A stretch of DNA of 64,000 nucleotides from Gemmatimonadales bacterium (lineage in GTDB: Bacteria; Gemmatimonadota; Gemmatimonadetes; Gemmatimonadales; GWC2-71-9). The stretch is from NCBI GenBank assembly GCA_035526925.1, contig DATLBL010000001.1, positions 11,602-75,601 of the forward strand, in the 5' to 3' direction. The first letter of the stretch is position 1. Each line of letters opens with the position of its first letter. Made by a program: the position numbers and the translations under genes. This document shows, piece by piece, positions 16,890-26,771 of the stretch. The notes under the pieces were generated by a model that had not been told where the DNA came from, ran no database searches, and saw only the letters and a list, made by a program, of their open reading frames with translations.

Positions 16890-19243
16890 TCGACCAGGCC
16901 GCCCCACCCTATCGCGCCGCGGTGCTCGTCGGGGTGGGAGTGCTGGTCGGATACGTGCTGACGCTCGCGCCAGGCGTGACCTTTTGGGACGCAGGGGAGT
17001 TCATCGCGGCGGCCCGGGTGCTCGGAATCCCGCACCCGCCGGGTACCCCGTTGTTCGTGATAATCGCGCACGCGTGGGGCATGCTCGTGCCCCTCGGCGA
17101 GTTCGCGGCGCGGACGAATCTTCTCAGCGCGCTCTTCAGCGCGGCGGGCGCCGCCTGCTTCTTTCTCGTGACGCACGAATCGTTGCGGGCGATTGAGCCC
17201 CGACCGAGGATGTGGGCCGCCATGTGTGCCGCCGTGCTCGGTGCCTTCACGTTCACCAACTGGCAGAATTCGAACGAGACCGAGGTGTACGCGGTCGCCA
17301 CGTTCACGATCGCGGCAATGTCCTGGCTCGTGCAGCTCTGGCGTCGCCGTCGCGGCGAACAGGAAGCCGGACGCCTGCTGCTCCTGGTGATCTACCTCGC
17401 CGGCGTTTCCATCGGCAATCACCTGCTTGCGTTGCTGGCAGGCCCGGCCGTGGTCGGGTTCCTGATCATCACCCTCCGCCGCGAGCCGGCTGCGGATCCC
17501 CAGGTGCGGCGGGCGGAATGGGGGCAGGTGGTCGTGCTCGCCGGAGTCTGGGCGCTGCTCATCGGCGTGGGACTCGGCAGCACCGTGCTGGCTGCACTCG
17601 GGGCGGCCTGTTTCCTCGTGGCCGCCGCGTACGCGGTGCGGGGCGCCTCGGGGCTGTTCGCGGTGCTCGCGCTCGGGATGGCGGCGGTCGGGGTCACGCC
17701 ATATCTGTACCTGTACCTGCGCTCCGCGCAGCATCCGCCGATCAACGAGGCCGCCCCGGCGACCTTCGACGCGTTGCTGGCCGTAATGCGCCGAGCCCAG
17801 TACCCGCCGCGCACGCCGCTCGATGATCCGACGCTGCCATCGGGTCTCGGCAATCCCGGTCGTTCGCTCACGTTGCTGGGCACCCAATTTCTGGACTACC
17901 TCGTCTGGTTCGACTGGCAGTGGGCTCGATCGCTGAGCGGGATGCTGGGGCCGGTCCCTGCGCGCACCCTCGTGACTCTCGTCTTCGCCTCCCTCGGACT
18001 CCGCGGCCTCTTCCTCCAGCGGCGCAGCGATCGCGCCGGTTGGTGGCTGATGTTCCTGATCTGGCTGGTGACCGGCCCCGGCCTCGTCCTCTACATGAAC
18101 TTCCGTCCCGGCTTCGCTCGGTGGTTCGACGTCTGGCCGGAATCGGCTGACCACGAGGTGCGCGAGCGAGACTATTTCTTCGTCGTGAGCTTCATCGTCT
18201 GGGGCATCTGGGCGGGTATAGGTCTCGGGTCGATAGTCCGGGGCGCAATCAGCCGGGGTGGGCGCGCGGCCCGGCTCGCGCCGCTCCTGTTTCTGCTCGC
18301 CGGGATACCGGTAGTGCTCAACTGGCGGGCCGCCTCCCGGCGCCACGGCCCCGACGCTCGACTCGCACGTGACTTCGCGTTCGATCTGCTCAACAGCACG
18401 CCGCCTTACGGCATTCTGTTCACGTATGGCGACAACGATACGTTCCCGCTCTGGTGGGCCCAGGAAGTGGCGGGCGTCCGGCGCGACGTCACAGTGGTCT
18501 GCCTCGCTCTGGCCAACACCGACTGGTACATGCGTCAGCTCCGGGACGCGCCCCTTCGTCCGCTCGACCGACGCACGCTGCCGGCCGTATGGCACGACCG
18601 GATCATCACTCCTCCGACGAAGCCGGTGCACGCGATGACGGATTCGATGATCGAGTCCGCCATGAGCGGCTACTACGTGCGCGAACGCCAGGAGGTCTCG
18701 CTGGGGCCGCTGAGGCGTACGCTGGCGCCGCGAACGGTGCTGTACCCCAACGACATTTTGACGCTCGGCATCATACAGCAAAATCTCGGGCGCCGGCCGA
18801 TCGTATGGGCCTCCACTGCCGGCCGCTCGTTCGGAGGCCTGGGAGCATACGTCGTACAGCGTGGTCTCGGCTTCGAGCTGCTCAGCGAACGGCCCGACAC
18901 GACTTCGCCGAACTTGGATCTGCACCGGCTCGCCGGCGCACCGCTGGACGTGGCGGTCACCGAGCGGTTGGTCTTCGACACCTATCGCTACGCGGCTCTG
19001 ATGGATGGCGGCTCGGACGGTCTGGAATCCACCAGCGCCAGCGTCGCGGCCACGCTGGGCCTCCCTCCCGCGCTCCTCGTCTATGCATACGCCGAGCGCG
19101 GAGATCGCGCCCGCCTGGACCGCGCGCTGCACATGGCAGGCCGACTATCGCCCAGCGCCGAGCTCAAAGCGGCACTGCAGACGGTCCGTGACGAAGCCGT
19201 GCTCGATTCGACGCCTCGTTCCCGGACGTCCCCCCACCAGTAG
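16886..19243 (+). CDS. Large polytopic membrane protein, DUF2723 / GT-C-like family
   Basis: N-terminal TFWDAGEFIAAARVLGIPHPPGTPLF plus many TM segments. Family recalled from memory, not searched. GTGA overlap with the cdaA stop. Confidence 0.8.
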   Translation: MIDQAAPPYRAAVLVGVGVLVGYVLTLAPGVTFWDAGEFIAAARVLGIPHPPGTPLFVIIAHAWGMLVPLGEFAARTNLLSALFSAAGAACFFLVTHESLRAIEPRPRMWAAMCAAVLGAFTFTNWQNSNETEVYAVATFTIAAMSWLVQLWRRRRGEQEAGRLLLLVIYLAGVSIGNHLLALLAGPAVVGFLIITLRREPAADPQVRRAEWGQVVVLAGVWALLIGVGLGSTVLAALGAACFLVAAAYAVRGASGLFAVLALGMAAVGVTPYLYLYLRSAQHPPINEAAPATFDALLAVMRRAQYPPRTPLDDPTLPSGLGNPGRSLTLLGTQFLDYLVWFDWQWARSLSGMLGPVPARTLVTLVFASLGLRGLFLQRRSDRAGWWLMFLIWLVTGPGLVLYMNFRPGFARWFDVWPESADHEVRERDYFFVVSFIVWGIWAGIGLGSIVRGAISRGGRAARLAPLLFLLAGIPVVLNWRAASRRHGPDARLARDFAFDLLNSTPPYGILFTYGDNDTFPLWWAQEVAGVRRDVTVVCLALANTDWYMRQLRDAPLRPLDRRTLPAVWHDRIITPPTKPVHAMTDSMIESAMSGYYVRERQEVSLGPLRRTLAPRTVLYPNDILTLGIIQQNLGRRPIVWASTAGRSFGGLGAYVVQRGLGFELLSERPDTTSPNLDLHRLAGAPLDVAVTERLVFDTYRYAALMDGGSDGLESTSASVAATLGLPPALLVYAYAERGDRARLDRALHMAGRLSPSAELKAALQTVRDEAVLDSTPRSRTSPHQ

Positions 19244-19311
19244 GGACGGCCCTGGCTTGGCTGCCTCGTGCCCCTGCAAGAACAGGCCAAACTCAAGTAA
19301 ATTCGGAGGCT

Positions 19312-19995
19312 ATGGACTTCCCGGCACTCTCAGGCAGTCTGGCCATGGTGCTCGATACCGTGGCCAGGCATCAGTCCACGGCTGGGTGGACCCACCGGGT
19401 GCGCGTCATTGCCGTCACGAAGACGCATGGTCCCGGGGCGGTCCGGGCCGCCGTGGCGGCCGGGCTCACCGATGTTGGAGAGAATCGGGTCCAGGAGGCG
19501 CTCGAGAAGCAGGATGCCCTGGTCGGCGTCCCGGTCGAGTGGCACCTCATCGGCACGCTCCAGCGGAACAAGGCCCGCCACGCCGTCGGCCGATTCGGGC
19601 TGATCCACTCGGTGGACCGGGCCGATCTTGCGGCCGAGCTGCAGCGCCGACTGCCGGCGCACGGTCGCCAGGCGGTGCTGGTGCAGACGAACTGCAGTGA
19701 TGAGCCTCAGAAGGGCGGGGTCGAACCCGAGAAGCTTCCCGCCCTCCTCGAGGCGCTTGCGGCGATGGAGCGGGTCGAAGTGCGCGGACTCATGACGATG
19801 AGCGCACTGACGGATGATGTGGCGGAGCAGCGTCGGGCATTTCGGCGGCTCCGCCAGCTCCGCGACGCCGGCGAGCAGCGCGGGTATCGCCTGCCGGAGC
19901 TCTCGATGGGAATGTCGGGCGACTACGGCGTGGCGGTGGAGGAAGGGGCCACGATGATCAGGCTGGGCACGGTCCTGTTCGGGGAGCGCGGATGA
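19312..19995 (+). CDS. yggS: YggS-family pyridoxal-phosphate homeostasis protein
   Basis: VIAVTKTHG lysine motif, ELSMGMSGDY. GGAGG lies 4 nt upstream of the ATG. Confidence 0.85.
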   Translation: MDFPALSGSLAMVLDTVARHQSTAGWTHRVRVIAVTKTHGPGAVRAAVAAGLTDVGENRVQEALEKQDALVGVPVEWHLIGTLQRNKARHAVGRFGLIHSVDRADLAAELQRRLPAHGRQAVLVQTNCSDEPQKGGVEPEKLPALLEALAAMERVEVRGLMTMSALTDDVAEQRRAFRRLRQLRDAGEQRGYRLPELSMGMSGDYGVAVEEGATMIRLGTVLFGERG

Positions 19996-20825
19996 CGGCA
20001 GCGACGTCGTTGTACGACCGGATTCAATCGGCCGCGGACGTGGTCCGCGCCCGCACGCCGGTGATTCCCCACGTCGGCATCGTCCTGGGCACCGGGCTGG
20101 GTGGACTCGCGCGCGAGATCGAGGTCGAGCGCGAGGTGCCCTATGGCGAGATTCCGGGCTTCCCGCTCTCCACCGTCGAGACCCACGCCGGCAAATTGCT
20201 GCTCGGGCGTCTGCGCGGACGACCGGTGGTCGCCATGCAGGGACGTTTCCACCGCTACGAGGGCTACGATCTCCAACAGGTCACCTTCCCCGTGCGCGTC
20301 ATGCACGCGCTCGGCGCGCGCACGCTCGTCGTGTCCAACGCTTGCGGCGGGATGAACCCGCTCTGGGGCCCGGGCGACCTGGTCCTCCTCAGCGATCACA
20401 TCAATCTGCTGGGCGACAATCCGTTGGTCGGCCCGAATGACGAGCGACTGGGGCCCCGGTTCCCCGATATGTCCGCGCCCTACGATCCGGAGCTCCGCGC
20501 GCTCGCCCGCGCGGTGGCGCTGGAGCTCGGCCTCGTGCTGCGTGAGGGTGTGTACGTGGCGGTGCCCGGTCCCAATCTCGAAACCCGCGCCGAGTATCGG
20601 ATGCTGCGCGCCATCGGCGCCGACGTGGTCGGGATGTCCACGGTGCCCGAGGTCATCGTGGCGGGCCACCAGGGGATGCGCACGGTGGGCTTCTCGATCA
20701 TTACCGACCAGTGTCTCCCCGACGCGCTCGAGCCCGCTGCGCTCGACCGGATCATCGCCACCGCGGCGCGCGCCGAGCCTCAGCTCACTCGATTGATCGG
20801 GACGCTCGTGGAGCGGCTCGACTGA
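19992..20825 (+). CDS. punA: Purine nucleoside phosphorylase (trimeric PNP family)
   Basis: GIVLGTGLGGLA, VVAMQGRFHRYEGY, VVGMSTVPEV. ATGA overlap with yggS. Confidence 0.88.
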   Translation: MTAATSLYDRIQSAADVVRARTPVIPHVGIVLGTGLGGLAREIEVEREVPYGEIPGFPLSTVETHAGKLLLGRLRGRPVVAMQGRFHRYEGYDLQQVTFPVRVMHALGARTLVVSNACGGMNPLWGPGDLVLLSDHINLLGDNPLVGPNDERLGPRFPDMSAPYDPELRALARAVALELGLVLREGVYVAVPGPNLETRAEYRMLRAIGADVVGMSTVPEVIVAGHQGMRTVGFSIITDQCLPDALEPAALDRIIATAARAEPQLTRLIGTLVERLD

Positions 20826-23800
20826 TGGGCTATCCGTCCTGGCCCGATCTCGGGTCCGACCGGATGGAGCAGGACCTGCTCGAGCGCTGGAAGGCCGAGG
20901 GTCTGTTCCGGCAGACGCTCGAGGCCAATCGTGGGGGCACGCCGTTCGTGTTCTACGAAGGGCCGCCGACGGCCAACGGTCGCCCCGGCATTCACCACGT
21001 CTTCGCCCGGACGATCAAGGATCTCATCTGCCGCTACCATGCGATGCAGGGGCAGGAGGTGACCCGCATCGCCGGATGGGATACGCATGGCCTGCCCGTC
21101 GAGATCGAAGTCGAGAAGGAGCTCAAGCTCGCCGGAAAGCGCGACATCGAAACCTTCGGCGTCGAGGCGTTCAACGCGCGCGCCCGGAAGAGCGTGTTCC
21201 GATATCAGTCGGACTGGGAATCGCTGTCCGACCGCATCGGCTACTGGCTCGACTACGAGCATCCGTACGTCACCTGCAGCAACGACTACATCGAAACCGT
21301 GTGGTGGCTGCTCCGGCGGCTTCACGAGCGCGAGCTGCTCTACCGCGGGCATCGTGTGCTGCCGTACTGTCCGCGCTGCGGCACGGTGCTCTCCAGCCAC
21401 GAGCTGGCACTGGGGTACGACGAGGTCACCACCAATTCCGTGTACGTCACGTTCCCGCTGGCCGACGAGCCGTCCCGCCAACTGCTGATCTGGACCACGA
21501 CGCCGTGGACGCTGCTCTCCAACGTCGCGGTGGCCGTGCATCCGGATCTGGAATACGGCGAATACCAGGTCGGCGATCGCCGTCTCATCCTGGCAACCGC
21601 TCGGGCGGCACTCCCGAGCAGCTCGGCCAGGGGTGCGCCGACCTTCGCGGAGCTGGGAGCGCTGCGGACGTTCCCGGGCCGCGAGCTGGCCGGCGCTCGC
21701 TATCTGCGTCCGCTCGAGGTGGTCCCGCTCCCCGAGGACAAGGCGAGCCGCATTGTCGTCCTCGGCGATTTCGTCACGGCGGAGGACGGCTCGGGGCTCG
21801 TGCATATGGCCCCGGCGTTTGGCGCGGACGACTATCAGGCCGGCCTGGAACACGATCTGGCGCTGGTGCGGCCGGTTGCCGCCGACGGCACGTTCATCGG
21901 GACGACCTGGCCCGAGATCGAAGGCCGCCTGGTCACCGCGCGCGAGACCAACGACGCGATCCTGCAACGCCTGAAGCATGTTGGCCGGTGGCACCTGACG
22001 TCACCGCACACGCACACCTACCCACATTGCTGGCGCTGCTCGAGCCCGCTGATCTATTACGCGCGGGACAGCTGGTTCGTCCGCACGTCGGCGGTGAAAG
22101 CGCGAATGCTGGAGATCAACCGTCAGGTGGATTGGCATCCGCCGGAGGTCGGCGCCGGCCGCTTTGGCGAATGGCTCGAGAACAATGTGGACTGGGCGCT
22201 CTCCCGGGATCGATACTGGGGCACGCCGCTGCCCGTCTGGGTCTGCGACCGGGATGCCGGCCATGTCGAGGTCGTGGGGAGCTACGCCCAGCTCGCGGAT
22301 CGGTGGGGCGCCGCGTTGCCCAACGGCTTCGATCCGCACAAGCCGTTCATCGACACCTTCACGTGGCGCTGCAAGTGCGGGGGCCTCATGCACCGCGCGC
22401 CCGAGGTGATCGACACCTGGTTCGACTCGGGCTCCATGCCGTACGCGCAGTGGCACTATCCGTTCGAGCACGAGGCCGAGTTCAAAGCGCATTTCCCCGC
22501 CGATTACATCTGTGAAGGCGTCGACCAGACCCGCGGCTGGTTCTACTCACTGCTGGCCATCGCCACGGCGGCGTTCGACAGCCCCGCCTACAAGCACGTC
22601 ATCGTGAACGAGCTGGTCCTCGACGCCGAGGGCCAGAAGATGTCCAAGAGCAAGGGCAATGTGGTCGACCCGTGGGAGATGATCAGCGCATTCGGGGCCG
22701 ATACGGTGCGGCTCTACCTGCTGGCATCGAGCCAGGTCTGGCTCCCGAAGCGGTTCGATCGCAGCACGATCAAGGACGTCGCCGGCAAGTTCTTCAACGC
22801 GCTGAAGAACAGCTATGTCTTCTTCGCCGGGTACGCGGGCGACTGGACGCCTGCGGCGTCGCCGCCGGCGTCGGACCGGCCGCTCGTGGACCGATGGCTG
22901 CTGAGCCGGCTCGACGCGACCGTCGAGGCGGTCGGCACAGCCTGGTCGCAGTACGACGCCACCGCCGGGGTCCGGGCCGTGATGGAGTTCGTGGTGGACG
23001 ATGTGTCCCAATGGTACGTCCGGGCCAACCGCGCGCGATTCTGGGCGGTGGACAGCGTCGCCGACCCCGCCGCGCTCGCGACGCTGCACGAGGCGCTCGT
23101 CACCGTCAGCCGATTGCTCGCGCCGGCGGCGCCCTTCGCCAGCGACTGGCTGCATCGCGCGCTCGAGGGAACTTCCGTGCACCTGGCCAGGTTCCCGGAG
23201 GTCGTCGGGCTGCGGGATACTGAGGCCGAATCCGCGATGGATGCGGTGCGGCGGCTCGCCTCGCTTGCCCACGGCGCCCGCCAGGAGCGGAAGCTGCCGG
23301 TGCGGCAACCGCTGGGTCGGATGCAGGTCGCGGTACCGCCCGGTGTCCGCGGACGCGCCTTGCAGGAGCTGCTCGAGCTCCTCCGCCTCGAAGTGAACGT
23401 GAAATCGGTCGAGGTGGTGAGCTCGGACGCCGACCTGGTCCGCCTTCGCGCCAGGCCCAATTTCCGCTCGCTCGGCAAGCGGTACGGCAAGCGCACGCCC
23501 CGGATCGCGGAGGCGTCGGGGAGCCTCACCGCCGAGCAGCTGCGCGGCCTGGAGCTGGGCGCCGAAGCCTCGCTCGAGGTGGACGGCGAGCGGGCGGTCT
23601 TCCTGCCGGAGGACGTCGTCGTCGAACGTGAGGTGGCGAGCGACTGGGTGGTGGCGAGCGACGGCGCCTTCGTGGTCGCCCTCGATCCACATCTCGATGA
23701 GGAGCTTCGGCGCGAGGGCACGGCACGGGAGATGGTCAATCGCATTCAGCGACTCCGGAAGGAGGCGGGATACGTGTACACCGACCGGATCGGTGTCTGG

Positions 23801-24016
23801 GTCGATGGCGGACCGCCCGTGCTCGAGGCCGCGCGCGTCCACGCGGAATTCATCCGCGGCGAGACCCTCGCGCGCCGACTCGAGCTGGGCGCGCGCGCGC
23901 CGGCGCCCGATCTGGAGCAGCAGGTGGACATCGACGGGCACGGCGTGGTGGTGGGGGTGCAACGCGAAAGGGACGGCCGGGCCGGTAACGGTCCTCAACC
24001 CATGGAAAGCGCATGA
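20825..24016 (+). CDS. ileS: Isoleucine--tRNA ligase
   Basis: PPTANGRPGIHHV (HIGH-type), KMSKSKGN, and WTTTPWTLLSN in the editing domain. Start at ATG 20825, which overlaps the upstream stop. Confidence 0.97.
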   Translation: MGYPSWPDLGSDRMEQDLLERWKAEGLFRQTLEANRGGTPFVFYEGPPTANGRPGIHHVFARTIKDLICRYHAMQGQEVTRIAGWDTHGLPVEIEVEKELKLAGKRDIETFGVEAFNARARKSVFRYQSDWESLSDRIGYWLDYEHPYVTCSNDYIETVWWLLRRLHERELLYRGHRVLPYCPRCGTVLSSHELALGYDEVTTNSVYVTFPLADEPSRQLLIWTTTPWTLLSNVAVAVHPDLEYGEYQVGDRRLILATARAALPSSSARGAPTFAELGALRTFPGRELAGARYLRPLEVVPLPEDKASRIVVLGDFVTAEDGSGLVHMAPAFGADDYQAGLEHDLALVRPVAADGTFIGTTWPEIEGRLVTARETNDAILQRLKHVGRWHLTSPHTHTYPHCWRCSSPLIYYARDSWFVRTSAVKARMLEINRQVDWHPPEVGAGRFGEWLENNVDWALSRDRYWGTPLPVWVCDRDAGHVEVVGSYAQLADRWGAALPNGFDPHKPFIDTFTWRCKCGGLMHRAPEVIDTWFDSGSMPYAQWHYPFEHEAEFKAHFPADYICEGVDQTRGWFYSLLAIATAAFDSPAYKHVIVNELVLDAEGQKMSKSKGNVVDPWEMISAFGADTVRLYLLASSQVWLPKRFDRSTIKDVAGKFFNALKNSYVFFAGYAGDWTPAASPPASDRPLVDRWLLSRLDATVEAVGTAWSQYDATAGVRAVMEFVVDDVSQWYVRANRARFWAVDSVADPAALATLHEALVTVSRLLAPAAPFASDWLHRALEGTSVHLARFPEVVGLRDTEAESAMDAVRRLASLAHGARQERKLPVRQPLGRMQVAVPPGVRGRALQELLELLRLEVNVKSVEVVSSDADLVRLRARPNFRSLGKRYGKRTPRIAEASGSLTAEQLRGLELGAEASLEVDGERAVFLPEDVVVEREVASDWVVASDGAFVVALDPHLDEELRREGTAREMVNRIQRLRKEAGYVYTDRIGVWVDGGPPVLEAARVHAEFIRGETLARRLELGARAPAPDLEQQVDIDGHGVVVGVQRERDGRAGNGPQPMESA

Positions 24017-24396
24017 ACAAGAAACAGCTTACGCATCTCGAAAAGCGTCTCCTCGAGGAGCGCGCCCGCGTCATGAAGGAGCTTGGCTACTACGACGAGT
24101 CGTTCAATGCCACGCTGCAGTCCTCCGACGGGGACCTCTCTTCGTATTCGTTCCACATGGCCGATCAGGGCACCGACGCCATGGAGCGCGAGAAACAGTT
24201 TCTTTTCGCGTCGCAGGAGGGGCGCTATCTGTGGCACGTGAACGAGGCGCTCCGCCGCCTGTACGGCACCCCGGACAAGTTCGGGCATTGCCATCAGTGT
24301 GGTCAGGAGATCAACTTCGAGCGGTTGGATGCGCTGCCGCATGCGCGGCTCTGCATCACGTGCAAGGAGAAAGAGGAAGATGGCAAGCGCCGCTGA
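24013..24396 (+). CDS. DksA/TraR-family C4 zinc-finger protein
   Basis: CHQCGQEI...ARLCITC four-Cys finger. ATGA overlap with ileS. Sits between ileS and lspA. Confidence 0.85.
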   Translation: MNKKQLTHLEKRLLEERARVMKELGYYDESFNATLQSSDGDLSSYSFHMADQGTDAMEREKQFLFASQEGRYLWHVNEALRRLYGTPDKFGHCHQCGQEINFERLDALPHARLCITCKEKEEDGKRR

Positions 24397-24910
24397 CGTC
24401 GAGGCACCCGGCGCCGATCGCCGGGTGTTCTGGACGGCGGCGGTGGTGACGGTGCTGCTCGACCTGGTGACCAAAGTGGCGGCCGAAGCCACGCTCCTTC
24501 GGACGCCGGGCATCTCGGTGATCGGCGACTGGTTCCAGCTTCGCCTGGTCTACAATCAGGGCGCGGCGTTCGGCCTGCACGTCGGCCCGTACTCCCGATG
24601 GATCTTCTTCACCGTGGCGCTCGTCGCGGTGTTCGTGCTGGCCCGCATGTCGAAGGCGGCCCCCCCGGGCGACCGGTTCCGCCAGCTCGCGCTCGGCCTC
24701 GTGGCCGGCGGAGCGGCCGGCAACCTGATCGACCGAATCCGAAGCGCCCGCGGCGTCGTGGACTTCCTGGATGTCGGCATCGGCGCACTGCGCTGGCCCA
24801 CCTTCAATATCGCAGACATCGCCGTCAGTTGCGGGGCGATCGCGCTCGCCATATCGCTCTGGCGCGAGGACGCCCGGCGTCCCGAGACGGAGTCAGCCTC
24901 GGCTGCCTGA
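24380..24910 (+). CDS. lspA: Lipoprotein signal peptidase II
   Basis: YNQGAAFG and FNIADIAV motifs, four hydrophobic segments, ileS-lspA synteny. Confidence 0.9.
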   Translation: MASAADVEAPGADRRVFWTAAVVTVLLDLVTKVAAEATLLRTPGISVIGDWFQLRLVYNQGAAFGLHVGPYSRWIFFTVALVAVFVLARMSKAAPPGDRFRQLALGLVAGGAAGNLIDRIRSARGVVDFLDVGIGALRWPTFNIADIAVSCGAIALAISLWREDARRPETESASAA

Positions 24911-24923
24911 GCTCGTCTTCACG

Positions 24924-25907
24924 GTGTCGGCCGAGGCCACCGAGCGCCTCGACCGGTTCCTCGCCGACCAGCTTGGCCTCTCCCGTACCCAGGCCGCGCG
25001 TCTGGTGGCCGACAAAGCGGTGGATGTCGATGGACGCACCGCCCGGGCATCCCGGCTGCTCGCGCGTGGCGAGCGCGTCACTGTCCGCATCCCGGACCAC
25101 GAGCCCCCGCGTACCCTCCAGCCCGCCGCCATTCCGCTTACCGTCGTCTTCGAGGACGAGCATCTTGCCGTCATCGACAAGCCCGCGGGGCTGGTAGTGC
25201 ATCCAGCCCCGGGGCACTGGGATGACACGCTGGTCAATGCGCTCGTGGCGCGGGGAACCACGCTCTCCGGCGGCGCCGAGGGCCGGCCCGGAATCGTCCA
25301 CCGGCTCGACCGGGACACCTCGGGGCTGATGGTCGTGGCCAAGACCGACCTGGCGCATCGTCGGCTCGGTGCGGCGATTGCGGCCCGCCGCGTGAGGCGC
25401 ACCTATGCCGCGTTGGCCTGGGGACACTTGGACCAGAGTCCGACCGTGATCGACGCGCCGATCGCCCGTCACCCGCAGGATCGGAAACGGATGGCGATCA
25501 CGGCCACCGGTCGTGCTGCCCGGACGGACGCCTACGTGGCGGGTCGATTCTCGGTCGCCGACCTGTTGCGACTGGAGCTCCACTCGGGCCGCACCCACCA
25601 GATCCGGGTCCATCTGGAGCACATCGGCCACCCGGTCGTCGGCGATCCGGTCTATGGTGGGGGAGGTAGCCGCCGGATTTCGGGCGCCGCCAGGCGCGGG
25701 GCCGAGGCGCTGGAGCGCGTCACCCCTCGTCAGGCGTTACACGCGGCGGCTCTGGCATTCCGCCATCCGGCGTCGGGTCAAGCCTTGGAGTTCCGGTCCG
25801 AATGGCCCCCGGATCTACGTCCCACACTTCTTGCACTAGGTGCCGAAGACTTGGTTGCTCGCCCAGACCCCCTGGGCTATCTTGTTTTCTTCAATAGAGA
25901 TGGCTGA
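24924..25907 (+). CDS. rluD: RluA/RluD-family 23S rRNA pseudouridine synthase
   Basis: S4-like N-terminus, catalytic HRLDRDTSGLMVVAK, GRTHQIRVH. The start is uncertain: GTG 24924, or an upstream non-canonical codon near 24903. Confidence 0.85.
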   Translation: MSAEATERLDRFLADQLGLSRTQAARLVADKAVDVDGRTARASRLLARGERVTVRIPDHEPPRTLQPAAIPLTVVFEDEHLAVIDKPAGLVVHPAPGHWDDTLVNALVARGTTLSGGAEGRPGIVHRLDRDTSGLMVVAKTDLAHRRLGAAIAARRVRRTYAALAWGHLDQSPTVIDAPIARHPQDRKRMAITATGRAARTDAYVAGRFSVADLLRLELHSGRTHQIRVHLEHIGHPVVGDPVYGGGGSRRISGAARRGAEALERVTPRQALHAAALAFRHPASGQALEFRSEWPPDLRPTLLALGAEDLVARPDPLGYLVFFNRDG

Positions 25908-26337
25908 CTCCCCTACGCTACACGCCGTCATTTTTCGCATCGGTGCGCTTAATTGCGCGGCCCCGGCAGGGATCGTGCGTGAGATCCTGCCGCGACTCCC
26001 GGCTACCCGGATTCCCGGTGTCGCCGAAGCGATCGAAGGGCTGGTCAACGTCAGGGGGACCCTGCTCACCGTGCTCGATGGGCACGTCCTCCTCCAGCAA
26101 CCTCGCCAGGCGGAGGACGAAGGTGCGATCGTGGTGGTCGAGGTCGCGGGACGCCGCTACGGGCTCGGCGTCGGGCAGGTGCTCGACTTCCTCGAGGTGC
26201 CTGAGCGGTCGATCGCGCAGCGGGCGGACCTGCCCGGGATCGACCCACGCCTGGTGAAGGCGGTCGCGATCCGGAACGATCAGCATTTCATCCTGCTCGA
26301 CATCGATGCGCTGGTGGCCCCGATCATCGGCAACTGA
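25900..26337 (+). CDS. cheW: CheW-like coupling protein
   Basis: VIFRIGALNCAAPAGIVREI...VNVRGTLLTVLDG, a typical CheW pattern. Overlaps the rluD end by 8 nt. Confidence 0.8.
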   Translation: MADSPTLHAVIFRIGALNCAAPAGIVREILPRLPATRIPGVAEAIEGLVNVRGTLLTVLDGHVLLQQPRQAEDEGAIVVVEVAGRRYGLGVGQVLDFLEVPERSIAQRADLPGIDPRLVKAVAIRNDQHFILLDIDALVAPIIGN

Positions 26338-26405
26338 TCCGCGTCGCTGCTGGTACCGAACGCTCATGCCGAACGAATCACCCCGAACTGCACGGAGGGG
26401 GGTCT

Positions 26406-26768
26406 GTGAGTCACACAGTGCTCGTCTGCGATGACGCCATCTTCATGCGCACCATGATCAGCGACATCCTGGCGCAGGCCGGGTTCGAGGTGGTCGGCGA
26501 GGCCGAGTCCGGCTCGCAGGCGGTCGAGCGGTACCGCGCGCTCAAGCCCGATCTGGTCACCATGGACATCGTGATGCCCGATATGGGCGGCATCGAGGCG
26601 GTGCGCGAGATCTGCAAGACCGATCCCGAGGCCAAGATCCTGATGTGCAGCGCCATGGGCCAGCAGGCGCTCGTCGTCGAGGCAATTCAGGCCGGCGCCA
26701 AGGACTTCGTCGTCAAGCCCTTCCAGCCCTCCCGGGTGCTCGAGGCGGTGCAGCGCGTCCTGGGCTGA
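26406..26768 (+). CDS. cheY: Chemotaxis response regulator CheY
   Basis: VLVCDDAIFMR, DLVTMDIVMPDMGG, FVVKPF. G-rich SD-like GGAGGGGGG lies upstream of GTG 26406. Confidence 0.92.
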   Translation: MSHTVLVCDDAIFMRTMISDILAQAGFEVVGEAESGSQAVERYRALKPDLVTMDIVMPDMGGIEAVREICKTDPEAKILMCSAMGQQALVVEAIQAGAKDFVVKPFQPSRVLEAVQRVLG

Positions 26769-26771
26769 CCC

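Noticed and set aside
16346-19132. 928-aa minus-strand ORF antisense to cdaA and the DUF2723 gene
   Set aside because: Same reasoning. The + strand products have coherent TM topology and family motifs, while the antisense product is Arg-rich and low-complexity.
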